Below are positions 1 through 17,345 of a DNA stretch of 64,000 nucleotides, one piece after another; within the stretch, counting starts at the first letter, position 1, and each line of letters opens with the position of its first letter. Made by a program: the position numbers and the translations under genes. The stretch is from positions 62,001 through 126,000 of the forward strand of contig JAUCBJ010003564.1 of the NCBI GenBank assembly GCA_032718475.1. Reading direction: 5' to 3'. The notes below the pieces were generated by a model. That model was not told where the DNA came from. It saw nothing but the letters and a program-made list of their open reading frames with translations, and did not search any database. The stretch comes from Nemertoderma westbladi. Taxonomy: Eukaryota > Animalia > Xenacoelomorpha.

Positions 1-26
1 CCTCCCCGTTCGTCCCACATACATAC

Positions 27-165
27 CCCTAAACTACTAGATCCACCAGCTGTTGTTCCTGTTGTTCCCTCTCCGAAGAATCTATCGAAGTTAATCACGT
101 CGAATACATCGTAAGGAATGCATGCTAACATATCGATAACGAACCAACTCTTCACGTAATTCCAT
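27..165 (-). CDS. eag: Eag-subfamily K+ channel exon (S2-S3 linker and S3); gene continues left of the window
   Basis: Translates R|[21 protein letters not shown], matching the KCNH1-type motif MNYLKTWFVIDLLSCLPYD. Acceptor TTTCTTATTAG at 166-167, donor GTATGT at 26; phase fits the preceding exon. Confidence 0.88.
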
Positions 166-448
166 CTAATAAGAAAAAAAATATCAACCGAATTAAAACT
201 TCAGTACCATATACTTATTTAGTTAAAACAATATATATATATCAAATATGTTGCTAGTATTACAATGGACAATACTTATTAAATATATAAATATATAGAA
301 CATACCGGTAATTATAATTATTAAAGTAGAAAATATTGGAAAATAGTATTGGAAAAAATGTTCTCAACGTTTTTTTCCATGTAATACGTAAATTGTATTC
401 TTAAATTGGTACTTTTTTGTTGCTCAATTCTTTAATAAAATAATAAAA

Positions 449-1063
449 TATAGAACGATTTAGTGTTACAAAATAAAATGAACTCTAGTATTTTACTATA
501 ATGCTTCCATAGTTACTGCGATTTCAATTACTGTACTCTTCAACTCCTGATGCTCGACTGCGTTACTCAATGTTAAATAATTTAGTGTTCTCGAATATTT
601 ATTACGTAACTAGAGAGCCGCTCAAAAACGTAAACCAATATTGGATTTTGAGTTGATTTTGAGTTTTGAGTTTTGAGTTCGCCTTGCAGACACTAAACTT
701 CCAATAACTTTTGTGTGTATGCACGGATTTTGCTCAAATTACGTGCAAACATTTTCTACGTCGATGCTCTTTCAACACATGTAATAAATTTTAGGAGAAA
801 TTCCATCAAAAATATTTTATTTTACCTTTTTCACCGGGAAAAAGTAAAATCAATGCAATCCTATGGGTTACTTTTTCCCTAGTGTAAAAAGTGCAACTTT
901 TTCTCCCGTTTTTGGGGTATATTCGAGCGAAAAAGTAATAATTTAAGAATAAAATATTTTTGATAGAATTTCTTAAATGTTATTAAATGTGTTGAAACAG
1001 CATCGAAGTAGAAATCTTTGCAAGTCTTTTCAATATATTTTGTAACACTATATCGCTATCTAT
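449..1063. mobile_element. Degenerate inverted-repeat (MITE-like) element in intron
   Basis: tagtgttacaaaata near 461 is the reverse complement of tattttgtaacacta near 1037; there are further internal inverted segments. Ends are approximate. Confidence 0.4.
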
Positions 1064-1241
1064 CTATGTAACACTATCTCGACGCTTTATTAACTGGCGC
1101 TTGGTAAATAAAATGCATCGAGAATAGTGAATAAAGTTTTACTTTTTTTCCAATATAATAAATAATTAATTATTTCACCAAAACATTTTATTATGTGCGT
1201 AAATCTGAATATATTTAGATAATTAAGTAAAAATAATTAAC

Positions 1242-1396
1242 CTTATTAATTTAGGATCCGATATAACTTCTTCTAATGCACCAACGTATGTTGTGTGAAA
1301 GTTTAGCACTATGTCAATAAAGAATATTAAATCGATGACACAATTTGTCACAAAGAATGTGAGAGCGACTCGGTTTTTATAAATATTATTTGTGTC
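1242..1396 (-). CDS. eag: Eag-subfamily K+ channel exon (S2)
   Basis: [52 protein letters not shown] contains the diagnostic [18 protein letters not shown]. Acceptor CCCTCCACAG, donor GTTAAT. Confidence 0.93.
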
Positions 1397-1423
1397 CTGT
1401 GGAGGGAAAAATAAAAATAATTA

Positions 1424-2107
1424 GATACCGGTACACTAATGTATGATAAACTTACACTGAAATCAGACACCGGTACACTAATGTATGCTAAACTTACACT
1501 AAAATCAGATACCGGTACTCTAATGTATGCTAAACTTACACTGAAATCAGGTACCGGTACCCTACACTAATGTATGCTAAACTTACACTGAAATCAGATA
1601 CCGGTACACTAATGTATGCTAAACTTACACTAAAATCAGATACCGGTACTCTAATGTATGCTAAACTTACACTGAAATCAGGTACCGGTACCCTACACTA
1701 ATGCATGCTAAACTTACACTGAAATCATATACCGGTACACTAATGTATGCTAAACTTACACTAAAGTCAGATACCGGTACACTAATGTATGCTAAACTTA
1801 CACTGAAATCAGATACCGGTACACTAATGTATGCTAAACTTACACTGAAATCAGATACCGGTACACTAATGTATGCTAAACTTACACTGAAATCAGATAC
1901 CGGTACACTAATGTATGCTAAACTTACACTGAAATCAGATACCAGTACACTGATGTATGCTAAACTTACACTGAAATCAGATACCGGTACACTGATGTAT
2001 GCTAAACTTACACTGAAATCAGATACCGGTACACTAATGTATGCTAAACTTACACTGAAATCATATACCGGTACACTAATGTATGCTAAACTTACACTGA
2101 AATCAGA
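1424..2107. repeat. 42-bp minisatellite, ~16 copies, intronic
   Basis: Unit gataccggtacactaatgtatgctaaacttacactgaaatca; it produces the spurious ORF 1701-2123. Confidence 0.95.
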
Positions 2108-2270
2108 ATGGATATGTATCTAGTAAATGCAATTACCATGGAAACGAGAGGTCATGTAATATTCCAGCCATAACAGAAACGTGTACAAGAATCTGTTTAT
2201 TATTTAACCCATTATTTAATTCTAACCAAATAAATTGTAACGAAGATTTTATGACCCGGTAGTTACTAAC

Positions 2271-2441
2271 CTCTTGAAGAAGAGTGAATGTCAATTTATA
2301 AGGAACAACTATAGATGTGTAGAAGGTTAACAGTAAAATCATCCAATCCCAAGTTGTTTTAAAATTTTTGTAATGTAATATAATACATTGCGGAGTCTTT
2401 GGGGGTTCCTGTTTGTATTGTGGGAGTTCATCACTGTTCAC
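2271..2441 (-). CDS. eag: Eag-subfamily K+ channel exon (pre-S1 and S1)
   Basis: VNSDELPQYKQEPPKTPQCIILHYKNFKTTWDWMILLLTFYTSIVVPY matches Eag LPQYKQEAPKTPPHIILHY..FKTTWDW. Acceptor TTACAG, donor GTTAGT, phase 0/0. Confidence 0.95.
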
Positions 2442-3231
2442 CTGTAATTAAATACAATATAGAGTCAGAAACTTACCAACTCATAGCTAAGTAACTCATA
2501 GTTACACCCAAAACTTACACTTGCGACTAGTTTTAGATTTCAATATAACACTTACTTCCTCTCTTATCTAAGGCGTAAATTCGGGGGTTTTTGAAACGGA
2601 ATAAGGTCTGTAGGACTTTATTTAACCAGTGAAACGTAAAATATGCGTAATATATCGGTTAAACGTCATACAATTGGTTTAGCCGCTTCTCTCTTTCCAC
2701 ATTTACTATCAAATAAATTAATAACACACGGGATATTTAGCTCAAACAAAGAACCTCTTTGTCAAAGTCGGCTGTCAACCTGGAACATACTTGGTGCAAA
2801 GGTACAAACAACAGCTACACAATGGGTGTTGGCGCCCTCATTGGTGACACATTGCACAATAATGAATGGCCAAAGGAAAACACACGTTAATGTACCGCCG
2901 ATGTTTGACAGGCCAGGAATCGACTCTCTTTGAACATCTAGATAAGGCGTCGGCTCTGCTTGTGTTTCCAGGGAGTGTATAAATTATTAGTGTACAGTTA
3001 CAGGTACTCAAGAACAACACGGGAATTGGGAATGCTGGGAACGCGTATGGAATAGTGATAAATGATTGTATTGGTGGAACTAGTGTCGTAATGTTATCAA
3101 ATGATGGGTGTGACACGTCTGGCACTTCCTATCTTTGAGTTTTGCGGCAGTTGCTAATTTCCTGGTGTGGACTTCTATAATTATTTTACATGTATGTAGG
3201 TTGTACTTGTACTTGTACTAGCACTTGTACT

Positions 3232-3545
3232 TGTTCAAGGTTATGAACCTCGAAGCCCAGTCATACCGTGGACGCAGCACATATTCAGTGCTAGCAGAAG
3301 CAGAGGCTGCCAAATCCCGCAAGTACCAGCGCGCTTGTGAGGCGCTTGCAACCTGCACACCCATGGTTTACTCTGTCGATGGCGTATGTGGAAGGGAAAC
3401 AAGACGCTTTATGAAAAACCTTGGGCAACGACTTGCAGGAAAGTGGGGAAAGGGTTACGGAGATGTTATGGGCTGTATGAGGGCTAGGATAATGGGCATT
3501 GCGTCCGGATTCAAGGGTCAAATGGCGACGTGGGTTGGGGTTTGA
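3232..3545 (+). mobile_element. Degenerate C-terminal fragment of an RLE-type (CRE-like) non-LTR retrotransposon
   Basis: KVMNLEAQSY...AEAAKSRKYQRACE...TPMVYSVDG resembles the restriction-like endonuclease tail (E..K..KY...F.P.V..) of CRE-like elements. Confidence 0.6.
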
Positions 3546-4464
3546 AGTAGCTGCGGGTTTGGGCTTATCAATGCAATGAAAAGAACAACACACGTGGGGT
3601 CGAGAGTATAATTTGGTCTGACTTGTAATAACTTACACTAACTATTGCAACATGGGCAGTGGGTAAATATATACAGAGATTTTATGCTTTCCTTCAATTT
3701 TTATATTGTAAACTCTTGGAAAGTTTTACTTTAATTTTGTAGGATATTACGGGTGCTAATGATAATTTTACTATTACATATAAGTTGTACGTTGGACTTT
3801 TTGATTGATTGATTTATTTATTTTCCCAAATAATACATAATTATAACAAATACATTACATAATTCCCAATAAAATGGGCAGGAAGACTGCTTAGTAGCAT
3901 AGTGCTAGATAGCGCAGTATCCTGTTAGGTGCCGGAATATGTAATACATAAATTGGGTAGATACATCTTACGATAATGTGCAAGCAACTACAGGGCCGGG
4001 TTACATACCTGTAGGATCCCAACACCCAACCCACCAGTGCACCCAGTTCCCCTATATCATTGGTCAATCGACCCCCTCCCACACACCGTTGTTGCTACGT
4101 AGACCTCCTTACGATCCCTCTGTTATAAATGTACATGTAGATGTAAACGTAAATGTTGTAAATGTATAAATACAACTTTCCGCTCTATGATTTATTTGTG
4201 GTTTGGTTAATTTCTTAAATACCGATTTTGTGATAGAATTGCTACATTTTAATTTGTATCTCATAACTGAGCCTCGTGCTGCGCGAAGGCCCCACGAACA
4301 TGTAGGCTTATTATTATATCATAGTACATCATCTGCGTTAATACAACAACCACTTTTAGTAGCAAGTCGGAGCCCCCCCCCCCCCCCTCAATTCTTTTCA
4401 AATATCGATCATATACTAATAAATTTGGTGATAGTTCGACAACTTTTCTTACGGATTTTTCAAT

Positions 4465-4560
4465 TTGTATTAGACTTAGAATATAGGAGATGCGGGCAAC
4501 CTGGAAGGATCTCATTTCCACCTTCCGAGTTCGCTCGACGTACTAACAGTAATAGTAGTT
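4465..4560 (+). mobile_element. 3' end fragment of an RTE-like LINE
   Basis: Shares cctggaaggatctcatttccac..tccgagttcgctcgac plus a degenerate (TAG)n tail with the copies at 17226-17345 and 59101-59325. Confidence 0.6.
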
Positions 4561-6203
4561 GTAGAGTTATACTCAGGATTCAGTTCTAATTTAGCGAGTA
4601 CCATAAAGCTTTAACTCTAGAAGGGAGTGGTGTATCTCTTCAAAATGTAATAGTAAGGGAGAAGGAAGATTTCTTACATATTGTATTTGCACGTCCCACT
4701 TTTTCTTTATGGTAGGTTCTCTTCTTGCTTTACAAAGAACATACCCAAGTTTTCTACAACATGGAGAGAGGGGGAAAACTGGGCACATTAATATCTCGCA
4801 ATGTAAAATTGTATTTTAGGGAAAGGAACAGGTTACAGTGGCACGTTATTTTAACCAAAACAATAAACGAAACTCAATAGAACAGTTTACAGTTTTATTT
4901 TCGGGAGTAATCAGCTGTCATTTCATCGAATTTCTACTGGAGATGGGTGAATTTTGATTGCGTCGAAACTCCCCCTATCCCACAATATAAGTAACGCCCA
5001 TCCTTACCATCGTGTAACAGTTATCGAAAGAGGAACCTCATAGGGTCGCCTCCGGCTTAGGCCGACTGTTTGCTTGCTTACTTGCTTTGCTTTACTAGCT
5101 ACTAAAAACATAAGATGATAAAAAGAAAGTATTCTAGCACATTGGATGGGAAATAAGTGACATTTGATTTCCGCCTAAATAATGTAATTAGTAGAATTCG
5201 ACAGTTTTAATAAAGTTATTCGAACGTTGAATTTACTCATCTCTTTCAATTTATCACTGAGATTAAACAGCGTCCATTGTACATTAATTTGAATTTAATG
5301 TGTAGCGATAAATACCTTATTTAGGATTTAGCTATCACAATACCAGACCTTAGCAGGTCGGAGATCACAGTGGCAGGATGAGGATGTCCTAACTAAAACA
5401 ATAAACGGAATTAAACAGGTTACAGTTTCATTTTTGTTAGTGATAAGTTCGTGTCATTTGCGTTGATTGCCCATTTAAGAGAGTTAAGTATGATTGCGTC
5501 ATAGCAGCTCACCCTGGGAAAAGTGGTATAGTTTAGTGTAGTACAGTAGTAGTTAGCTGTCATCAGCTGTCAGGTTAAAAAATCTGAAGTCCCAGGATGT
5601 CCGCTCTCTTAGAAGACCTACAAGCAGAATGCCAAGGTCACATCAAATAATCCCCGATGAATTCTAATGTGAGTCCCTCGGGTGGAATTACACGCCATCA
5701 TGACGTTGCAATGATTAATAAGTTATCAATTGCTTCACTAGAATATACGCGTTATGACAGGCTTAGCTAATTACCAATTGCGGCGATTGTGGACAACACA
5801 CACTGACATCCCCTATTTGTGCAAAAAATATTTGACAAATTAACAACATGTAACTCTTGCCATGTTGTGTAAGATAACAAAAGGGAAATAGGAAAACAAT
5901 CCAGGAAAGCTGCATGTGAATTCACATTAGAATTCACTACAATGGGAAAATGAATATTAGAATATTAGAATATCAATTATGCGGGATTTAACAAATATTC
6001 ATCGCTGTTGTATCCGTTGACAAATAAATGAACATCCAAAGTCTGAATGTCCACATGGAAAGCTGATAACGTTGCCGTTGATTAACTTCTCAGCGTGAAA
6101 TATCTTTATACTTAATGTGCTTCATCCGCAGTGCTTCGTCCGCTGGTATAAACGAATCCACCAAAACGTATAATTTTGAGGGAGAGTTGAGATCGAATAG
6201 GTT

Positions 6204-6313
6204 ATATTTCTCTTTAGTTATATCTCTTTAGTTATATCTCTTTAGTTATATCTCTTTAGTTATATCTCTTTAGTTATATCTCTTTAGTTATATCTCTTTA
6301 GTTATATCTCTTT
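6204..6313. repeat. 14-bp tandem repeat, ~8 copies
   Basis: Unit ttatatctctttag. Confidence 0.9.
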
Positions 6314-6682
6314 AAAAGTTATATCTACATCTGTAAGTTTAATAAAATAGGCTATTAAGTTTATTAATTTATATTTGGTGTTTTGGTTGACTGATCGGAT
6401 AAATGTTTTGGGCACCAGTTCGATCCCACCTGGACGTCTTATTTCATGATAACATATTATAAACGTAACCACAGAAACACATACACATCGCCAATGGTAA
6501 ATTTACCGTTATTACTAAGGCCTCCCTCAACATCAGATAGAGTAACTTTTGTTGTTGCAACTTGTTTGCAACAAGTTTTTTGGTTCCAGCCAAAACTATC
6601 CTTTAAAAGTGGCCTAAAATTTTGCATGTATATAGTACTCATCAAGATGCATCGTGTGGGATAGGACATATGTCTGTGAAAA

Positions 6683-7100
6683 ACCTGGTTACCATGGCAA
6701 CAGACTTCGAAAATAGTCTATGTATTTCAAGCTAAAATTTATAACTCTATTTGTAGGAAAACTATAATAGATATAGACTTGTGTTAAAATTAGAAATTAG
6801 AAAATCCAGTTACCATGGCAACGAGGCTAAACAGATGTTTAAATTATTAAAATGGTAATTTGAAGCCTAATGAGAAGGTATTATGACTTGGACCAACCCC
6901 TACCCCTACTATATGACTTATTCTGCATCCAAATTGCATTGTACTATTTTCCAGTTTACATGACAACCGCTGCAAACAAACGTTTTGATACTAAAATCGT
7001 TTATTTTGGCATGAACTATACAATAAAATATTCTGAAACTGGAACATTTTGTAAAACTAAAAACGTTCCAGAAATATCTAGTTACCATGGTAACTGGAGT
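6683..7100. repeat. Interspersed repeat with GTTACCATGG(C/T)AAC palindromes; diverged second copy at ~8425-8760
   Basis: Segment 6805-7095 aligns by eye with 8428-8755 (ggaccaacccctaccctactatat..cttattctgcatccaaattgcattgt). Confidence 0.75.
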
Positions 7101-9677
7101 TTTAATAAAGTCGATATTATTCAAGCCAATATTTATAACTCTATTTATATCAAAACCGCAATAGATATAAACTTGGGGTTTCTCAACTGAAATATAAGAG
7201 TGTAAAAGCTTTTGCGTAATTAACCGGTTATTTCCCCTTAAAGTACTCTGTAGTTGGTTTGTCAGGCATAAAAAGGCCGTGTCCTTGCTGTACTGGTGTT
7301 TTAGAGGACACAAAAGTCATTTCTTCTGTATTTGTACTGTATTTGTACTTTAGAGGACATAATCCGCAATCTCGTGACGCGATAAGCTAGATACTCTTGA
7401 AAACAGTGTCGCTACCATGACGACGGCTAACAGCTGATATTGCCACGTCGACATTTCTTTGTTTCTTTGTTCTCTCGTTGTTCGGTTGACCAATCAGAGC
7501 GTTTTTTGTCTCTGTGTTGGAGGTGGATACAGAAACTCAGTAGTTCAGTGTTATGTTTTTGCTCAGAGCCTAAGAACATCGGCTTTTGGCACCTACGTAT
7601 ATCAGCATTCTTTAGCTTTACATTAGTAGGCTTAATTATAGAACGTATATCTGTTATCTAACCAAACGAGTTAATTACAATCTTATCATACATATCTATG
7701 CAATTCATATCTTACATTACTGCTTTTGCTGTCGGTTATTCATTATATTTGTTGATGAAATATTATATCGGAATACTGATCAATAGTCAGACACCCCACC
7801 TTCTTGATATACTAAAGGTTAGAGAGACCGGTTACAGATAAACGATTGCGACCTATGTTGAGTGGTTTGAAGTGAATCTAATGCTATTTCATATGCCCGA
7901 CATAAATTGCCTGTTGCTCTCTTTATACGTGACTAAATTTAGTGAAGGTCGGCAGACTAGTGTGCAGTATTGTGCAGCATTGTGTATGATTGTAACTGAT
8001 AACAAAGCATCTCCTAAAGAATGCGCCATATACTTAAATCTATAGCCTTTTCGTTGTGTCTAGTTTAAGCCATAACTCTGTTTACATATTTAGAGCGCCA
8101 CGTCCTAAAGGAACTGTTAATATTTCCCGAAAGTGAATAATATTTGTCAGAGATTATATATTACGATCAGTCGAATAATACGGTAGGCTTACACCATCAA
8201 TCATTAAGCTCCGAACTCAGTCTCCCGGGTATATCCAACGGGTGAATGATTGCGCATAGACTGGCTTCGGCTAATGTAGTGTATCAAATACTCGTCATAA
8301 GCTAAAGAATATATATCATCCAAAAGACATCCTAATTTGGCAGGTTAAACTGTCAAAGGTCTTCAAAAGCGCAAACAAAGAGCCATACTGTAGCCGAGGT
8401 TAAGATCGATTGATGTTAATCTAAAATCTAGTTACCATGGCAACCATGCTAAACAGATAATCAACTTTATAAAATGATAATTTGAAGCACAAGTTAATAG
8501 TATTATGACTTGGGACCAACCCCTACCCCTACTATATCACTTATTCTGCATCCAAATTGCATTGTTCTATTTTCAGTTTCCATGACAACCACTGCAAACT
8601 GATGCATTTTTGATAGAAAATCGGAAATTTAGACACAAATTACAAAATAATATTTCGGGATCTCGGTATGTGTCATCTGAACCACAACCTGACAGGAACA
8701 TTTTTTAAATGTGAAACAAACAGGTTCAGAAACCTCTAGTTTCCATGGCAATGGGAGTTGAATAAATAAGCAAATAGGCCTACCTAGTACCATCCTGTTA
8801 ACTTGGCTAGGCAAAGCAACAAACAAAAGAGTCAAAGTTTGTTTAATTTTCCTTAGCTTCGAGGTTGCATTTCCTTCAGGAAATGCCTTCCTAGTATTTA
8901 CTAATATATGAAATTAGCTATTTACGTACGTATGGTTTAAAAATTATAATACTGGTGTATTGAAATTAATCATAAAAATATGTTCAAGAAAACTTTTATT
9001 GTATATTCCTAAAAACTTAAATTAAAAACTACCGGTACGACTTATTATAAAATGAAACAAAGAGAAAGGAAAAAGGAATTAAATAAATGAAAACAGAAAA
9101 CCATGAATGAAGCAAAGTTGGAAAAGGAGAAGACGCGTAGAAATGTGGGAGAGACATTAATGAGCGAGGGAAAGAGATTGATGGAGATGGAACGCATTCG
9201 CGTACACAAACTATACTTGCCCGGTAACTTTTAGTTGATTTGGCCAATTTTGTTAATTGAGCTTGAGACGTCAAGCAGTTGGTTGTTGTAGTCGAAAAAA
9301 CCAAGTCAGTATCCTGCGCAAAAAATAGCCAGATTAATGTTTGTTAGGGTGAATAATCCCACAAAGTCGAAGCGCTCTATGTTATATTAAATCTCCTACT
9401 TTAAGTGACTTTCACTCTTAGAATTACAAACGTATTAAGATAAACAACATTTAAATTTTCATGCAATTATTATAAAATAATTTATGTCTGTGGTTTGCTC
9501 ACCACAACGAGACACACAAACACAATCGGCTGTTCATGGGATGAATTTAATTATAATGCAAAATGTACGCCTAAATACGAGGACAATGACAAATGGTAGT
9601 AAAAATATTTCATACTTTCAATATAAAAACCAAATTAAAATAAGTTAGAATTGCAGTTAAAATATATTTAGGTTGAA

Positions 9678-12517
9678 AACAACTCGGGGTGGGGCATAGC
9701 GCGGATAGTGCGGGTAATAACGTGGTGGATACATTGATCGGGAGGTTTCCAGTAGTGAGAGACAACTCAGGGTGGGGCATAGCGCGGATAGTGCGGGTAA
9801 TAACGTGGTGGATACATTGATCGGGAGGTTTCCAGTCGTGAGAGACAACTCAGGGTGGGGCATAGCGCGGATAGTGCGGGTAATAACGTGGTGGATACAT
9901 TGATCGGGAGGTTTCCATGGGGCATAGCGCGGATAGTGCGGGTAATAACGTGGTGGATACATTGATCGGGAGGTTTCCAGTCGTGAGAGACAACTCAGGG
10001 TGGGGCATAGCGCGGATAGTGCGGGTAATAACGTGGTGGATACATTGATCGGGAGGTTTCCATGGGGCATAGCGCGGATAGTGCGGGTAATAACGTGGTG
10101 GATACATTGATCGGGAGGTTTCCAGTCGTGAGAAACAACTCAGGGTGGGGCATAGCGCGGATAGTGCGGGTAATAACGTGGTGGATACATTGATCGGGAG
10201 GTTTCCATGGGGCATAGCGCGGATAGTGCGGGTAATAACGTGGTGGATACATTGATCGGGAGGTTTCCAGTAGTGAGAGACAACTCAGGGTGGGGCATAG
10301 CGCGGATAGTGCGGGTAATAACGTGGTGGATACATTGATCGGGAGGTTTCCATGGGGCATAGCGCGGATAGTGCGGGTAATAACGTGGTGGATACATTGA
10401 TCGGGAGGTTTCCAGTAGTGAGAGACAACTCAGGGTGGGGCATAGCGCGGATAGTGCGGGTAATAACGTGGTGGATACATTGATCGGGAGGTTTCCAGTA
10501 GTGAGAGACAACTCAGGGTGGGGCATAGCGCGGATAGTGCGGGTAATAACGTGGTGGATACATTGATCGGGAGGTTTCCAGTAGTGAGAGACAACTCGGG
10601 GTGGGGCATAGCGCGGATAGTGCGGGTAATAACGTGGTGGATACATTGATCGGGAGGTTTCCATGGGGCATAGCGCGGATAGTGCGGGTAATAACGTGGT
10701 GGATACATTGATCGGGAGGTTTCCAGTAGTGAGAGACAACTCAGGGTGGGGCATAGCGCGGATAGTGCGGGTAATAACGTGGTGGATACATTGATCGGGA
10801 GGTTTCCAGTAGTGAGAGACAACTCAGGGTGGGGCATAGCGCGGATAGTGCGGGTAATAACGTGGTGGATACATTGATCGGGAGGTTTCCAGTCGTGAGA
10901 GACAACTCAGGGTGGGGCATAGCGCGGATAGTGCGGGTAATAACGTGGTGGATACATTGATCGGGAGGTTTCCATGGGGCATAGCGCGGATAGTGCGGGT
11001 AATAACGTGGTGGATACATTGATCGGGAGGTTTCCATGGGGCATAGCGCGGATAGTGCGGGTAATAACGTGGTGGATACATTGATCGGGAGGTTTCCAGT
11101 AGTGAGAGACAACTCAGGGTGGGGCATAGCGCGGATAGTGCGGGTAATAACGTGGTGGATACATTGATCGGGAGGTTTCCATGGGGCATAGCGCGGATAG
11201 TGCGGGTAATAACGTGGTGGATACATTGATCGGGAGGTTTCCAGTCGTGAGAGACAACTCAGGGTGGGGCATAGCGCGGATAGTGCGGGTAATAACGTGG
11301 TGGATACATTGATCGGGAGGTTTCCATGGGACATAGCGCGGATAGTGCGGGTAATAACGTGGTGGATACATTGATCGGGAGGTTTCCAGTCGTGAGAGAC
11401 AACTCAGGATGGGGCATAGCGCGGATAGTGCGGGTAATAACGTGGTGGATACATTGATCGGGAGGTTTCCAGTAGTGAGAGACAACTCAGGGTGGGGCAT
11501 AGCGCGGATAGTGCGGGTAATAACGTGGTGGATACATTGATCGGGAGGTTTCCAGTAGTGAGAGACAACTCAGGGTGGGGCATAGCGCGGATAGTGCGGG
11601 TAATAACGTGGTGGATACATTGATCGGGAGGTTTCCAGTAGTGAGAGACAACTCAGGGTGGGGCATAGCGCGGATAGTGCGGGTAATAACGTGGTGGATA
11701 CATTGATCGGGAGGTTTCCAGTCGTGAGAGACAACTCAGGGTGGGGCATAGCGCGGATAGTGCGGGTAATAACGTGGTGGATACATTGATCGGGAGGTTT
11801 CCATGGGGCATAGCGCGGATAGTGCGGGTAATAACGTAGTGGATACATTGATCGGGAGGTTTCCAGTCGTGAGAGACAACTCAGGGTGGGGCATAGCGCG
11901 GATAGTGCGGGTAATAACGTGGTGGATACATTGATCGGGAGGTTTCCATGGGGCATAGCGCGGATAGTGCGGGTAATAACGTGGTGGATACATTGATCGG
12001 GAGGTTTCCAGTCGTGAGAGACAACTCAGGATGGGGCATAGCGCGGATAGTGCGGGTAATAACGTGGTGGATACATTGATCGGGAGGTTTCCAGTAGTGA
12101 GAGACAACTCAGGGTGGGGCATAGCGCGGATAGTGCGGGTAATAACGTGGTGGATACATTGATCGGGAGGTTTCCAGTAGTGAGAGACAACTCAGGGTGG
12201 GGCGTAGCGCGGATAGTGCGGGTAATAACGTGGTGGATACATTGATCGGGAGGTTTCCAGTAGTGAGAGACAACTCAGGGTGGGGCATAGCGCGGATAGT
12301 GCGGGTAATAACGTGGTGGATACATTGATCGGGAGGTTTCCAGTCGTGAGAGACAACTCAGGGTGGGGCATAGCGCGGATAGTGCGGGTAATAACGTGGT
12401 GGATACATTGATCGGGAGGTTTCCAGTAGTGAGAGACAACTCAGGGTGGGGCATAGCGCGGATAGTGCGGGTAATAACGTGGTGGATACATTGATCGGGA
12501 GGTTTCCAGTAGTGAGA
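9678..12517. repeat. Satellite array of interleaved 83-bp and 62-bp units
   Basis: Core ggggcatagcgcggatagtgcgggtaataacgtggtggatacattgatcgggaggtttcca, with or without the 21-bp segment gt(a/c)gtgagagacaactcaggg; near-identical copies. Confidence 0.97.
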
Positions 12518-12931
12518 GTATAAAGCTGGCGTAGATATAGTTTACGTAGTATATATTGATACGACAAGCGCGGAGGTTCTTAGAGGAAGTTATCATGGTT
12601 GGGTTGTACTCCTTTCCCTTTGTGTATAAAACCTATTTTAAGCCGTTCTTCCGCATGGTTGTGGTATCATAACATTAGAACAATATCTACTGTATTTAGA
12701 TCAGTATTGGTAAACTTATTGACGAAATCATTTGAACATCATCAGCTGGAGACAACGCACGAAGACGCCAAGCTTTATGGTATAATACCACCACCATCGG
12801 TGCAGTATCAACCACCCTCCGTGAACGCAGATTAAGATTAAGTGGGCAGTGCTCTAGAAGTAAAGACCAAACCATACAAGATCTACTTTTCTGGCAACCA
12901 ACTCATGGAAAGCGTACCCGTGGACGACCGG

Positions 12932-16963
<4,032 letters not shown>

Positions 16964-17095
16964 TATATAAATAAATTGGAGTTGAGCTGGTAATGCAACT
17001 GTAATTAAGTGTTAGGTGGGATAGTGAATGGTGTGGTGTGGTGGTATGGGATGGAATAGGTGGGATAGATTAATTAGGTGGGATAGTGAATGTCA

Positions 17096-17188
17096 GGGAC
17101 ACGTGGCTGAACTGGTTAGCGCTACTGATGAGGCCTGATAGGCTGAAACGTACGTATAGCGCTGGTTCAACCCCCGGTGACGCGCTTT
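17096..17188 (+). ncRNA. tRNA-like Pol III unit (SINE/retrozyme-like) containing a minimal type I hammerhead ribozyme
   Basis: A box TGGCTGAACTGG (17104-17115); hammerhead AGCGCTA-CTGATGA-GGCCT-GAT-AGGCT-GAAAC-GTAC-GTA-TAGCGCT (17118-17163); B box GGTTCAACCCC (17164-17174); T6 terminator at 17183-17188. Confidence 0.82.
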
Positions 17189-17225
17189 CTCATTTTTTCC
17201 ATTTCTGAACAAAACCATAATATTA

Positions 17226-17345
17226 CATAACATATATAGATCAAGTTGAAAGGGATACTGAACTTGAGAGAAACGAAATTGCGACAACTATGGAGAATCG
17301 GGAAGCCTGGAAGGATCTCATGTCCGCTGTCCGAGTTCGCTCTAC
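17226..17345 (+). mobile_element. 3' end fragment of an RTE-like LINE
   Basis: acatatatagatcaa.ttgaaagggatactgaactt...gagttcgctc matches the reverse complement of 59115-59230. Confidence 0.65.

Noticed and set aside
9678-12517. CRISPR-like repeat/spacer appearance
   Set aside because: The intervening 21-bp segments are copies of one sequence, not unique spacers; there are no cas genes and the context is eukaryotic.
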